The notes below the pieces were generated by a model. The model did no database searches. It worked only from the letters and a program-made list of their open reading frames with translations, and was not told the origin of the DNA. From positions 2,392-66,391 of the forward strand of contig CAMNJE010000115.1 in NCBI GenBank assembly GCA_946541195.1: a stretch of DNA of 64,000 nucleotides. The letters run 5' to 3'. The DNA is from an uncultured Prevotella sp. (lineage in GTDB: Bacteria > Bacteroidota > Bacteroidia > Bacteroidales > Bacteroidaceae). Shown here piece by piece: positions 46,113 to 55,841 of this stretch. Position 1 is the first letter of the stretch, and each line of letters begins with the position of its first letter. A program made the translations under genes and the position numbers.

Positions 46113-47213
46113 ATGAAGGTGTTGCATATAGGACAGTTGGTTGGTGGAATTGAGGTATATGTGAGGAATACCATTCTGTATTCATCTTCCGACTTTGAGT
46201 TTGTCATCGTGGAGGGACAAGGGGATAAGCATTTGCCTATCATAAGGAATGGCGTGGAAATAAAGACTTATCGCATTCCCTTGTATCGTGACCTGAACCC
46301 TCTTAAGGATGGTAAGGCCTTGATTCAGACCATTCGGATCATTAGGGAGGAAAAGCCTGGTATCATTCATTGCCATAGCGCAAAGGGGGGATTTATCGGG
46401 CGGTGGGCAGGATTCCTGACAGGTGTCAGAGTACTCTATACGCCTCATGCATTTTCATTCTTAAGTACTGACTCGATAATCAAGAAGCGTATTTATGTTT
46501 GGTTGGAGAGGTTGGCAAGGCTGAACTCTTGTTTATTGGCCTGTTCTGAGTCTGAACAGGGGTTGGGAAGGGCGATGGTCCATTACAGGCCGTCGAGGGC
46601 ATTGGTTTGGCATAATGCCGTGCCTGATGTGGTGGCAGGAAAGTTGGGTTGTATCGACCCTGGGCCCTTTATCTGCTGCATTGGGCGACCATCTTATCAG
46701 AAAAACACTTTCTTCTTGTTGGATGTCGTGAAAAAGGTACATGCAAGATACCCAGAATTGAAATTCTATCTATTAGGTGTGGGCTACTATGCACCAGATG
46801 CCAATGAACTAAGTCTTCAAATAGAGCGAGCGGAGTTGAACGGAACATTTGTGATGGTTCCCTGGCTTAGCCATGAAGAAACCCTCAGGTACGTTAAAGC
46901 CTCATTGATGTATCTGACTGTATCAAGATATGAAGGTCTTCCTCTTGCTGTTCTTGAAGCGATGGCATCAGGCAAGGCCATCATCGCGTCTGATGTGACA
47001 GGGAACAGAGATTGTGTGAGAGACGGGGAGAATGGCTACCTCCTGCCTATGGAAGTGAAGTCGTTCACTGATGCTATCTGCCTCCTGATAGAAGATAAAA
47101 ACAAACGGGAGACTATGGAGAGGAACTCTAGACAATTGTTTGAAAAAGAATTTCTGATCGACCATCAGATAGGATTATTGGAAACCATCTATAAGGATCA
47201 TGCGAAGGAATAA
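46113..47213 (+). CDS. Glycosyltransferase family 4
   Basis: 366 aa; IHCHSAKGG, YTPHA, SRYEGLPLAVLEAMASGKAIIASDV. Confidence 0.92.
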   Translation: MKVLHIGQLVGGIEVYVRNTILYSSSDFEFVIVEGQGDKHLPIIRNGVEIKTYRIPLYRDLNPLKDGKALIQTIRIIREEKPGIIHCHSAKGGFIGRWAGFLTGVRVLYTPHAFSFLSTDSIIKKRIYVWLERLARLNSCLLACSESEQGLGRAMVHYRPSRALVWHNAVPDVVAGKLGCIDPGPFICCIGRPSYQKNTFFLLDVVKKVHARYPELKFYLLGVGYYAPDANELSLQIERAELNGTFVMVPWLSHEETLRYVKASLMYLTVSRYEGLPLAVLEAMASGKAIIASDVTGNRDCVRDGENGYLLPMEVKSFTDAICLLIEDKNKRETMERNSRQLFEKEFLIDHQIGLLETIYKDHAKE

Positions 47214-48594
47214 TCAGACAAATAGGCTTATCAAGTGGATTGTCACATTTGGTGACTTTCTTATTTTGAATGCTATTATTGCGGCGGTTATCCATTGGCA
47301 CCAGCGTGTCGTTTTGGGGGATGATAGTCAGAAGGATGTATTCTTTCTGGCGAATAATCTGGCGCTTCTAATCGCTCAGATACGATTTTCGACCATCATT
47401 CACCTTCGGATGGTAGATGCTGGAGACATCTTGAGGCGGACCTTTGAACTTGCTGTCACTTATGCTGTGATAACATTTGTTATTGTGAACCTTCTTCTAT
47501 ATTCTATTCCTTTGGGAAAACTCCTAATGGAAATTTATTTGGCTTTTGCACCCTTGCTTGTCTTGAAACGTTTCGCAGAACGTCGTGTTATCAGATTGTA
47601 TCGTGAGGCAGGAGGAAATACAAGGTCAGTGGTCTTAGTAGGTTCTGATCATGCATTAGAAGAAGTTTATCATAAATTGATCAATGATCCAACATTAGGT
47701 TACATCGTCTTAGGATGCTATGGAGAAGATGTGCCGGATGGTATTGATAAATTGGGTTCTCTGGAAGATTTTGTAAGGCTATTGGATAATCCAGACAATC
47801 TGATGTTGGGTGACGAACTATATCTCTGTGTCTCTCGTCAGGAAAGTACATTGGTTAGAAAAGTATCGCAGATGTGCGACCATCATCTTATCAGATTCTA
47901 CTATGTACCATTATCCATAGAGTCATTAGGTGTAGAACTGAAACGGGAAATGTTGGATGACATAGAAGTCTATACGACTATTGAGAATCCATTACAGAAT
48001 TCCATTAACAGGATGATTAAGCGTATATTCGACATCCTCCTATCTATAGTATTCTTAATACCTACGATACTCATCTCCCCAATAATATGGATAATTGTCA
48101 AGATTCAGAGTCCTGGCCCCATATTCTTTAGGCAAGAAAGAACAGGTATTGATGGCAAAAGTTTTATTTGTTTGAAGTTCCGTTCCATGCATAAGAACAA
48201 GGAATCTGATGCCTTGCAGGCGACGAAGAACGATCCACGAACATTCCCGTTTGGCCGACTGATGCGCCAGTTGAGCATAGATGAATTACCACAGTTTTGG
48301 AACGTGTTAAAAGGAGATATGAGTATCGTAGGGCCTCGGCCACACATGTTGGTCCATACGGCTATCTACTCGCAATTGATTGATCGTTACATGGTGCGTC
48401 ATTTCGTGAAACCAGGTATTACGGGATGGGCGCAAGTAACTGGTTATAGGGGTGAGACAAAGGAACTATGGCAGATGGAGGGTAGGGTCAAGCGTGACAT
48501 TTGGTATATGGAGCATTGGAGCATCTGGCTTGACATCCATATCATCTGGATGACTGTCAAACTCTTGTTCAAACATGAAGACGATGCCTATTGA
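47200..48594 (+). CDS. Undecaprenyl-phosphate hexose-1-phosphate transferase (WcaJ-like priming transferase)
   Basis: 464 aa; KRIFDI, SPGPIFFRQER, KFRSM, DELPQFWNVLKGDMSIVGPRP, VKPGITGWAQV. Confidence 0.93.
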   Translation: MRRNNQTNRLIKWIVTFGDFLILNAIIAAVIHWHQRVVLGDDSQKDVFFLANNLALLIAQIRFSTIIHLRMVDAGDILRRTFELAVTYAVITFVIVNLLLYSIPLGKLLMEIYLAFAPLLVLKRFAERRVIRLYREAGGNTRSVVLVGSDHALEEVYHKLINDPTLGYIVLGCYGEDVPDGIDKLGSLEDFVRLLDNPDNLMLGDELYLCVSRQESTLVRKVSQMCDHHLIRFYYVPLSIESLGVELKREMLDDIEVYTTIENPLQNSINRMIKRIFDILLSIVFLIPTILISPIIWIIVKIQSPGPIFFRQERTGIDGKSFICLKFRSMHKNKESDALQATKNDPRTFPFGRLMRQLSIDELPQFWNVLKGDMSIVGPRPHMLVHTAIYSQLIDRYMVRHFVKPGITGWAQVTGYRGETKELWQMEGRVKRDIWYMEHWSIWLDIHIIWMTVKLLFKHEDDAY

Positions 48595-48604
48595 TAGCGT
48601 CTGA

Positions 48605-49267
48605 CTATTTGTCTGTATGGAACTCAAAGTGTTGGTAATCCTTCATAGTATGCCATGAACCGCCCCAAGTAAAACCTTGTTCGATGAACAGACGGTGACA
48701 GAGGTCACCCTCTGCAATCTTATACCTGTATTGTTTTTTTCTATCAACATAGGGTCTTCCTGTAGATGGCTGTACGATAGTGGAGCCATCCCTGCGATAG
48801 CGGACATAAGGATTGTAGAGTGTGTTGATGTCGATGGCAAGACCACGGGCGTGATAGGATAATTTTTTCGTGTCAGGCACATTGCGATAGCAGAAACAAC
48901 TGGTATTGTTGTCACGCATCTGACGCTCATCATCTGCATCGTACTCATCTGCTAACCTGATGCGCTGTATAGGGTAGTGGTGAGCGTATAGTTCCTGGAA
49001 GATATAAAGCAACTTATCAGCAATGAGTCTGTTGCAGACAAGTTCTCCATGATGTGCTTTCTCATCATAATCCCAGTGTAATACTTTAAGGTAACGGAGG
49101 TCGTTCCTCCCAATATGAGGATTGGGGCGGTATGTCTTTCCCTGCATCTTCGTCCAGATGCTGTCGGGTATCTCCTGTATGGAGAATCCGTCTGAATAAT
49201 TCTGCCCCTGTGCACATAGCGTGGTGCAAAGCAAGAAGAGGAGAGAATATAATCTGTGAATAGACAT
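48605..49267 (-). CDS. M15 family metallopeptidase (D,D-carboxypeptidase-like), exported
   Basis: 220 aa; signal peptide, SYHARGLAIDIN, WGGSW, DYQHFE. Confidence 0.88.
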   Translation of the reverse strand: MSIHRLYSLLFLLCTTLCAQGQNYSDGFSIQEIPDSIWTKMQGKTYRPNPHIGRNDLRYLKVLHWDYDEKAHHGELVCNRLIADKLLYIFQELYAHHYPIQRIRLADEYDADDERQMRDNNTSCFCYRNVPDTKKLSYHARGLAIDINTLYNPYVRYRRDGSTIVQPSTGRPYVDRKKQYRYKIAEGDLCHRLFIEQGFTWGGSWHTMKDYQHFEFHTDK

Positions 49268-50757
49268 CAGTTGATCCGTTTCTTATTTCCTTCGATATAG
49301 ACGCCTGGACGTGTGGGCTTCCTATCCAGACGGACGCCATTGATAGAGTATATCTGTGGCGCTGTCGTTTCATCCATATTGGCAGAGCGGATGCCAGATG
49401 TTCCGTTGAACTCTTTCTGGGCCCGTTCAAGTTGTTCCAGGAAATCATGATTCGTATGCATACGTGCGTAGGCTGCGGCTCCTGAGAGGCGGCCCATATC
49501 GACGTCGCTTTGCCAGTGATAACCCGTGATGACGCGACCATTGCCATACTGGAAAGCACGTGCCAGGATTTCTTCTTGATAGTCAGGGGCAATCTCGGAC
49601 ATCACCAAGGCATAGAGCCAGGCAGCACAGGCGTGACCAGACGGATATGATCCATTACTCCTAAGTATTTCTTCGTCTGGCGTGTATGCTGTCGATTCAT
49701 TCAATTGAACGTATGGACGCAGTCGCTTATAGTAGGCCTTACACGATTTCGTCGCATCTTCTGCAGATGGATAGATGGTCTTAAACAGTTTGGCCAGTTG
49801 TGGCGTGGAGGATTCTGAGAGCGTCTTTCCGACAACCTGTGAGAATATCTTGAGGAAATAAGTGGCACTGTCATCAACATCGTTAAGCGCGATCTGCCCT
49901 TCGTCCGTAGTTTTATCTGTGCGTTTTTCTACACCTTCTATATAGGCACTCATATCTGTGGCAAATATCGCTGAGACGTTAGACGGCGGTTCAGGGAGAT
50001 ACTTGGAACCATCGGGAAGTTCCTCAAGTTTGAAATAGGCATCACTTATGGTAGAACGCTTATTGTTTGTCACGCCAGACTTCTTCTCATATTCCGAGAT
50101 AGCGGAAGTAATCATCGTGTTAAATCCTGTATGAGAATGGAGACGTGCTACCAGTGCAGAGGCCAGCAGGCATCCTGCATACGAGTCGCTGTCCCAGTGA
50201 TAGCCAGAGATGACGGAACTGGTGCCATAGGCATATCCGCGAGCCAGGATCTCATTCTGCTTGTTAGGACAGATCTCTGTCATCGTCATGGCGAATAGCC
50301 AACCCATCATGGCCTGACTGGAGGGGTAGGAACTGACCCTCATATAAGTGCTCTCCTCACTGGGAATAAGTGTTGGCTCGTTAAAACGTGCATAGGGACG
50401 CCTGTAACTATAAGATGCCTGGGCTTGTCTCTGTGCCTTCTCACCATAAGTCATGATGTAGTCGAAGAGTGTATAGATGTTGGGCGTGTTTCCTGCGGAA
50501 AGTTCTATACCAACGACTTTCGAGAAGGCGTCAAGATAGTTGGCCGTCTGTGCGTAGAAGTCGGTCTTTGCCTGTTTGCCAAGTTCTGTTTCGCGTTCCG
50601 TCTTTCCCCATTCGTATTGGAGGTAATCTTTTATATATTCTACAGAAGTGGACTTAGGAGGTCCCGGAAGGAATTCTTCTGCATTAGGGACCTCCTGTGC
50701 TTGAATACTGCTGCCAAATAGACTGGCGGCCAATAATAATAGCGTTTTACTTTTCAT
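49267..50757 (-). CDS. Secreted tandem PAP2/class A acid phosphatase with Prevotella-type C-terminal secretion tail
   Basis: 496 aa; signal peptide, two homologous domains (LPGPP...YPSSQ...GYHWDSD and LPEPP...YPSGH...GYHWQSD), tail TSGIR...IYSINGVRL...PGVYIEGNKKR. Confidence 0.82.
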   Translation of the reverse strand: MKSKTLLLLAASLFGSSIQAQEVPNAEEFLPGPPKSTSVEYIKDYLQYEWGKTERETELGKQAKTDFYAQTANYLDAFSKVVGIELSAGNTPNIYTLFDYIMTYGEKAQRQAQASYSYRRPYARFNEPTLIPSEESTYMRVSSYPSSQAMMGWLFAMTMTEICPNKQNEILARGYAYGTSSVISGYHWDSDSYAGCLLASALVARLHSHTGFNTMITSAISEYEKKSGVTNNKRSTISDAYFKLEELPDGSKYLPEPPSNVSAIFATDMSAYIEGVEKRTDKTTDEGQIALNDVDDSATYFLKIFSQVVGKTLSESSTPQLAKLFKTIYPSAEDATKSCKAYYKRLRPYVQLNESTAYTPDEEILRSNGSYPSGHACAAWLYALVMSEIAPDYQEEILARAFQYGNGRVITGYHWQSDVDMGRLSGAAAYARMHTNHDFLEQLERAQKEFNGTSGIRSANMDETTAPQIYSINGVRLDRKPTRPGVYIEGNKKRIN

Positions 50758-50777
50758 TATCTTTGTTATGTAACCTT

Positions 50778-52967
50778 CTATGAGAAAGCAACGGTGAGAC
50801 CTGCCATGACGATACTCACCATCGACATCAGTTTGATCAGGATGTTCAGTGATGGCCCAGACGTGTCCTTGAACGGGTCACCGACAGTATCACCTACGAT
50901 ACATGCCTTGTGGGCGAAAGAGCCCTTGCCGCCAAAGTTGCCTTCCTCGATATTCTTCTTGGCATTGTCCCAGGCACCTCCAGCATTAGCCATGAACACA
51001 GCAAGAGTGAAACCGCCTGCCAACCCACCAACAAGGAGTCCGAGGACACCTGCTACACCAAGAATCATTCCGACAACGATAGGGATGATGATGGCTAATA
51101 CTGACGGGACTATCATCTCATGCTGGGCAGCACGGGTGGAGATTTCCACACAACGGCCATAATCGGGCGTACCCGTACCTTCGAGGATACCGGCTATCTC
51201 ACGGAACTGGCGACGCACCTCCTGCACCATCTTCTCTGCTGCACGTCCTACGGCCTCCATGGTCATACCACAGAACAGGAAGGCTGCCATGGCACCAATG
51301 AATGCGCCAACCAGCACCTTGGGGTTCATCAGGTTTACCTGGAAATAGTTCATGAAGTCGGGGATTGTTGCATCTGTAGCAGAGATGACATCACCTGCCA
51401 CGTTTGTCAGAGTCTGTCCTGCACGTGTCATGGCAATCTTTATTTCTTCGATATAGGATGCCAGCAGAGCCAGGGCGGTGAGGGCTGCAGAGCCGATGGC
51501 AAAGCCCTTACCAGTGGCAGCCGTCGTATTGCCCAGAGCGTCGAGAGCATCTGTACGATGGCGCACCTCTTCTCCAAGACCACACATCTCAGCATTACCA
51601 CCAGCGTTGTCAGCGATGGGACCGTAGGCATCAGTAGCCAAGGTAATACCTAAGGTAGAAAGCATGCCCACGGCAGCAATGCCAATACCATAGAGGCCGT
51701 GTGCCAGACTCTCGGATGACATGGAGAGGTCGAATCCGTTGGCGCACAGATAACTGAGCATGATGGCAATACCAATGGTAATCACGGGGATACAGGTGGA
51801 AATCATTCCCGTACCTATACCTTTTATTATAACGGTAGCGGCACCTGTCTGTCCTGCTTCAGAGATCTTTTGCGTAGGTTTATAGGAGTGGGAGGTGTAG
51901 TATTCTGTAGCCTGTCCGATGATCACACCAGCAGCCAGGCCGGAGATTACGGAGAAGGAGAGACCCAGCCAGTTCTCAATGCCCAAGAGATAGAGAATGG
52001 CAAATGAGGCACATGCAATGAGGATGGCACTGACATTGGTCCCTACGGAAAGGGAGTGGAGCAGGTCCTTCATGGTAGCACCTTCCTTGGTTCGTACGAG
52101 GAAAATTCCAAGCAACGAGAGGAATACACCCACGGCAGCGATAATCATCGGGGCAATGACAGCCTTGAGTTGCATGCCATCGGCAGCGCTGACGGCAAAA
52201 GCGGATGCGCCGAGGGCGGCAGTTGACAGTACGGAACCGCAATAACTCTCGTAGAGATCGGCACCCATTCCTGCCACGTCACCCACATTGTCACCTACAT
52301 TATCGGCGATGGTTGCGGGGTTGCGGGGATCATCTTCTGGAATGTCGGCTTCCACCTTACCCACGATATCAGCGCCCACGTCGGCAGCCTTGGTATAGAT
52401 ACCACCACCGACACGGGCAAAGAGAGCCTGCGTGGAGGCACCCATGCCAAACGTCAGCATCGTAGTTGTGATGGAGATCAGTCCGTCGGCATCGAAATAG
52501 TTCAGTACGACAAACCAGATGGCGATGTCAAGTAGTCCAAGTCCAACCACCGTCAGTCCCATCACGGCACCAGAGCGGAAGGCAATCTTCAGACCAGCGT
52601 TCAGGCTCTCTCGAGCAGCATTGGCGGTACGTGCGGAAGCATAGGTGGCGGTCTTCATTCCGAAGAATCCAGCCAGGCCAGAGAAGAATCCACCTGTGAG
52701 GAAGGCAAAGGGGACCCAGGGATTCTGCACGTTAAGCCCGTAGGCCATAAAGGCAAAGAGGGCACAGAGCACAGCGAAGACGATACATACGACCTTGTAC
52801 TGCTGCTTCAGATAAGCCATTGCACCTTTACGCACATAGAGCGCAATCTCTTTCATACGTGGCGTTCCTTCATCGGCAGACATCATCTGCTTGAAGAAAA
52901 ACCACGCCATGCATAATGCCACGACAGATGCGACGGGCACAAGCCAAAATACTGCGGGGATATTCAT
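50778..52967 (-). CDS. hppA: Membrane-bound Na+(/H+)-translocating pyrophosphatase, K+-dependent type
   Basis: 729 aa; DVGADIVGKVE, DNVGDNVGD, DAYGPIADNAGG, GNTTAA (Ala = K+-dependent), GDTVGDPFKD. Confidence 0.95.
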   Translation of the reverse strand: MNIPAVFWLVPVASVVALCMAWFFFKQMMSADEGTPRMKEIALYVRKGAMAYLKQQYKVVCIVFAVLCALFAFMAYGLNVQNPWVPFAFLTGGFFSGLAGFFGMKTATYASARTANAARESLNAGLKIAFRSGAVMGLTVVGLGLLDIAIWFVVLNYFDADGLISITTTMLTFGMGASTQALFARVGGGIYTKAADVGADIVGKVEADIPEDDPRNPATIADNVGDNVGDVAGMGADLYESYCGSVLSTAALGASAFAVSAADGMQLKAVIAPMIIAAVGVFLSLLGIFLVRTKEGATMKDLLHSLSVGTNVSAILIACASFAILYLLGIENWLGLSFSVISGLAAGVIIGQATEYYTSHSYKPTQKISEAGQTGAATVIIKGIGTGMISTCIPVITIGIAIMLSYLCANGFDLSMSSESLAHGLYGIGIAAVGMLSTLGITLATDAYGPIADNAGGNAEMCGLGEEVRHRTDALDALGNTTAATGKGFAIGSAALTALALLASYIEEIKIAMTRAGQTLTNVAGDVISATDATIPDFMNYFQVNLMNPKVLVGAFIGAMAAFLFCGMTMEAVGRAAEKMVQEVRRQFREIAGILEGTGTPDYGRCVEISTRAAQHEMIVPSVLAIIIPIVVGMILGVAGVLGLLVGGLAGGFTLAVFMANAGGAWDNAKKNIEEGNFGGKGSFAHKACIVGDTVGDPFKDTSGPSLNILIKLMSMVSIVMAGLTVAFS

Positions 52968-52999
52968 AAAAATAATAGTTTTTAGTTATGGTTTAATGC

Positions 53000-53836
53000 T
53001 TATTCGTCAACATAGTCAATCATGTTCGCAGCCTCATCATCAGGATCCTCACTACCAAGATCCATCATCGTGGAGTAGTTGTCCTCTGTGATCTCTTCGT
53101 CTTTGGGATCATCTACTTCACTGTCCTCCTCGTCGTGGGAACTGTAGTTGTCCTCCACCTCGTAGTCGTCATCTTCTTCTTCATCGTCCAGGTCGCCATC
53201 GTCATGGTGCTTCTCAGAGAACTGCATCCGTATCTTCTCTTGCTCTGGCTTGACTTTGGCAAAGATAGCCTCTACCCAGCCGCCTTTTTCTACTTCCAGC
53301 ACTTCAAATCCATCTTCAACTTTCTTCTCATACATTCCGCCTTTCTTATGGAGACGGTCCTTGGGGAGTGTCGTCGTGGAAATGTCAAAGCCACAGAGGA
53401 TGATGTCCTGGATAGACTGGGGCAACGAGTCCCAGCCACCACCAAAGTTGCGATCCAGCACCTCAATGAGTTTTGCTGCTGAGATATGGCGGATGTTTTC
53501 GTAGGTAAGGTCGGTAACACGCATGATGGGGCGCTTCTTGATGGCCCAGGCAAACTTCATGCCTTCGTCAAACTTTATCTGGGCAACTTTGTAACCGCGC
53601 TTTTCATAACTTTTCTTGACTAACAGTATATCATCCTTGATTTCTTCAATAAGGAAAGCACTCTTGAAGATGTCAAGATAGTGCTGTACATTCTCTTTAA
53701 CCTCTGCATCCTTTGTGGCTGCTTCCCACATTCGTAGAACATCATTCTCCTGAATGTCCCAAACACTGCTTTTTGTAATTGCCTTGATGGAGAGAGATGG
53801 ATTACTCTCGGGTACTTGTTGTTTTGTTCTTGCCAT
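53000..53836 (-). CDS. Hypothetical protein with highly acidic C-terminal tail
   Basis: 278 aa; own -7 box upstream; 35 of the last 69 residues are D/E (hand count). Confidence 0.8.
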   Translation of the reverse strand: MARTKQQVPESNPSLSIKAITKSSVWDIQENDVLRMWEAATKDAEVKENVQHYLDIFKSAFLIEEIKDDILLVKKSYEKRGYKVAQIKFDEGMKFAWAIKKRPIMRVTDLTYENIRHISAAKLIEVLDRNFGGGWDSLPQSIQDIILCGFDISTTTLPKDRLHKKGGMYEKKVEDGFEVLEVEKGGWVEAIFAKVKPEQEKIRMQFSEKHHDDGDLDDEEEDDDYEVEDNYSSHDEEDSEVDDPKDEEITEDNYSTMMDLGSEDPDDEAANMIDYVDE

Positions 53837-53852
53837 ATTTCTTTTTTTACTG

Positions 53853-53930
53853 CAAATATAGCCACTTTATTTTTTATTAGCAAGTTTTTGACGATATTTT
53901 TTGTAATTTTCGCATTTTACCGTAACTTTG
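53853..53930. promoter_or_regulatory. Divergent promoters (acidic-tail gene/hppA operon and rarA operon)
   Basis: Minus TATATTTG (53860-53853); plus TTTG 53900-53903, 19-nt spacer, TAACTTTG 53923-53930. Confidence 0.72.
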
Positions 53931-53938
53931 TAGCCCGA

Positions 53939-55213
53939 ATGGCACAACCATTGGCTGAAAGACTTCGTCCTCGCACCTTAGATGAGTATATCGGACAACA
54001 GCATCTGGTAGGTGAGGGAGCCGTCCTGCGCAAGATGATAGACGCAGGGCGTATTTCGTCTTTTATCCTTTGGGGACCTCCAGGTGTCGGCAAGACAACT
54101 CTTGCCCAGATCATTGCCCATAAGTTAGAGACTCCTTTCTATACCTTATCGGCCGTTACCAGTGGGGTAAAAGATGTACGTGATGTCATTGAGAAAGCGC
54201 AGAAGGGCAGGTTCTTCAACGAGGCCTCCCCGATACTCTTTATCGACGAGATCCACCGTTTTTCCAAGTCGCAGCAGGATTCACTCCTGGGTGCAGTGGA
54301 AAAGGGAATTGTGACACTGATTGGCGCTACGACAGAGAATCCTTCCTTTGAAGTGATCAGACCGTTGCTCTCACGGTGTCAACTATACGTGTTGAAGCCC
54401 TTGGAGAAGGATGATCTCTTGAAATTATTGGACAGGGCTATTCATACAGATGCCATACTGAAGCAGAGAAAGATAACGTTGCAAGAGACAGAAGCCCTTC
54501 TCAGATTTAGTGGTGGAGACGCACGTAAGTTGTTGAATATCTTGGAGTTGGTGGTCGAGGCTGAAACTTCTGATGAAGTGCTGATTACGAACGAAATCGT
54601 CGTGAATAGACTCCAGCAAAATCCACTGGCGTACGATAAAGATGGTGAGATGCATTATGATATCATCTCGGCTTTTATTAAGAGTATTCGTGGTTCTGAT
54701 CCTGATGCTGCCCTCTACTGGTTGGCACGGATGATCGAAGGTGGGGAAGATCCGCAGTTTATCGCTCGTCGTCTGGTGATAAGTGCTTCTGAAGATATCG
54801 GACTTGCCAATCCGAATGCCCTGTTACTGGCCAATGCAGCCTTTGACGCTGTGATGAAGATCGGATGGCCTGAAGGGCGCATCCCCTTGGCGGAAGCAAC
54901 AGTCTATCTGGCCACTTCGCCCAAAAGCAATAGTGCCTATTTAGGTGTGGATGCAGCCTTGACGCTTGTCAGGCAGACTGGTAACCAGCCAGTGCCTCTG
55001 CCCATCCGAAATGCACCAACCCAACTGATGAAGGATCTGGGTTACCATGATGGCTATAAGTATCCTCATGACTTTCCTGGTCATTTCACAGCACAGCAAT
55101 ATATGCCAGACGCCCTGGTGAATGAGCGCCTGTGGCATGGACAGCATAATCCGACGGAAGAGAAACTGTATCAAAGGATGATCAATTATTGGGGAAAGCG
55201 ATACGAAGACTAA
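53939..55213 (+). CDS. rarA: Replication-associated recombination protein A (RarA/MgsA)
   Basis: ATG 53939 (MAQPLAERLRP); WGPPGVGKTT, FIDEIHRF, GATTENPSFEV, SAFIKSIRGSDPDAA. Confidence 0.95.
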   Translation: MAQPLAERLRPRTLDEYIGQQHLVGEGAVLRKMIDAGRISSFILWGPPGVGKTTLAQIIAHKLETPFYTLSAVTSGVKDVRDVIEKAQKGRFFNEASPILFIDEIHRFSKSQQDSLLGAVEKGIVTLIGATTENPSFEVIRPLLSRCQLYVLKPLEKDDLLKLLDRAIHTDAILKQRKITLQETEALLRFSGGDARKLLNILELVVEAETSDEVLITNEIVVNRLQQNPLAYDKDGEMHYDIISAFIKSIRGSDPDAALYWLARMIEGGEDPQFIARRLVISASEDIGLANPNALLLANAAFDAVMKIGWPEGRIPLAEATVYLATSPKSNSAYLGVDAALTLVRQTGNQPVPLPIRNAPTQLMKDLGYHDGYKYPHDFPGHFTAQQYMPDALVNERLWHGQHNPTEEKLYQRMINYWGKRYED

Positions 55214-55217
55214 GAAC

Positions 55218-55835
55218 ATGGACCAAGAACTTATCATACGTATTATTGAGTTGTTGGGTACCTTCGCCTTTGCCATCTCAGGTATCCGTCATGCCGCAGC
55301 GAAGCATTTCGACTGGTTTGGCGGATATGTGTGCGGAGTGGCTGTTGCCATCGGTGGCGGAACCATCCGCGATCTGATGTTGGGTACGACTCCGTTCTGG
55401 ATGACGACACCTATCTATCTGATATGTACAGCCGTGGCATTGCTGACGGTGGTGTTTTTTGGCAAGTGGATGGAACCCTTGAAGAATGCCTGGTTCGTAT
55501 TCGACACATTGGGCCTGGCTCTTTTCACCATAGCGGGTATTCAGAAGAGCATTGCTTTAGGGCAGCCTTTCTGGGTGGCCATCATCATGGGCTGCATCAC
55601 GGGTTCGGCTGGTGGCGTCATCCGTGATGTGCTGCTGAACAACGAGCCTGTCATCTTCCACAAGGAGATCTATGCCATGGCTTGCGTCTTGGGGGGAATT
55701 GCCTATTGGCTGATGATGGTCATGGGATTTTCTACAGAATTTAGTGCAGTGGTCAGTTTCCTCATCACATGTGTTATCCGCTTCCTCGCAGTCAGGTACC
55801 ACATCTCATTACCAGTTTTAAACGAAGAAAAATAG
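55218..55835 (+). CDS. Trimeric intracellular cation channel family (YadS/UPF0126) membrane protein
   Basis: 205 aa; GTFAFAISG, AIGGGTIRD, FDTLGLALF, GSAGGVIRDVL, EIYA. Confidence 0.9.
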   Translation: MDQELIIRIIELLGTFAFAISGIRHAAAKHFDWFGGYVCGVAVAIGGGTIRDLMLGTTPFWMTTPIYLICTAVALLTVVFFGKWMEPLKNAWFVFDTLGLALFTIAGIQKSIALGQPFWVAIIMGCITGSAGGVIRDVLLNNEPVIFHKEIYAMACVLGGIAYWLMMVMGFSTEFSAVVSFLITCVIRFLAVRYHISLPVLNEEK

Positions 55836-55841
55836 TTATAT

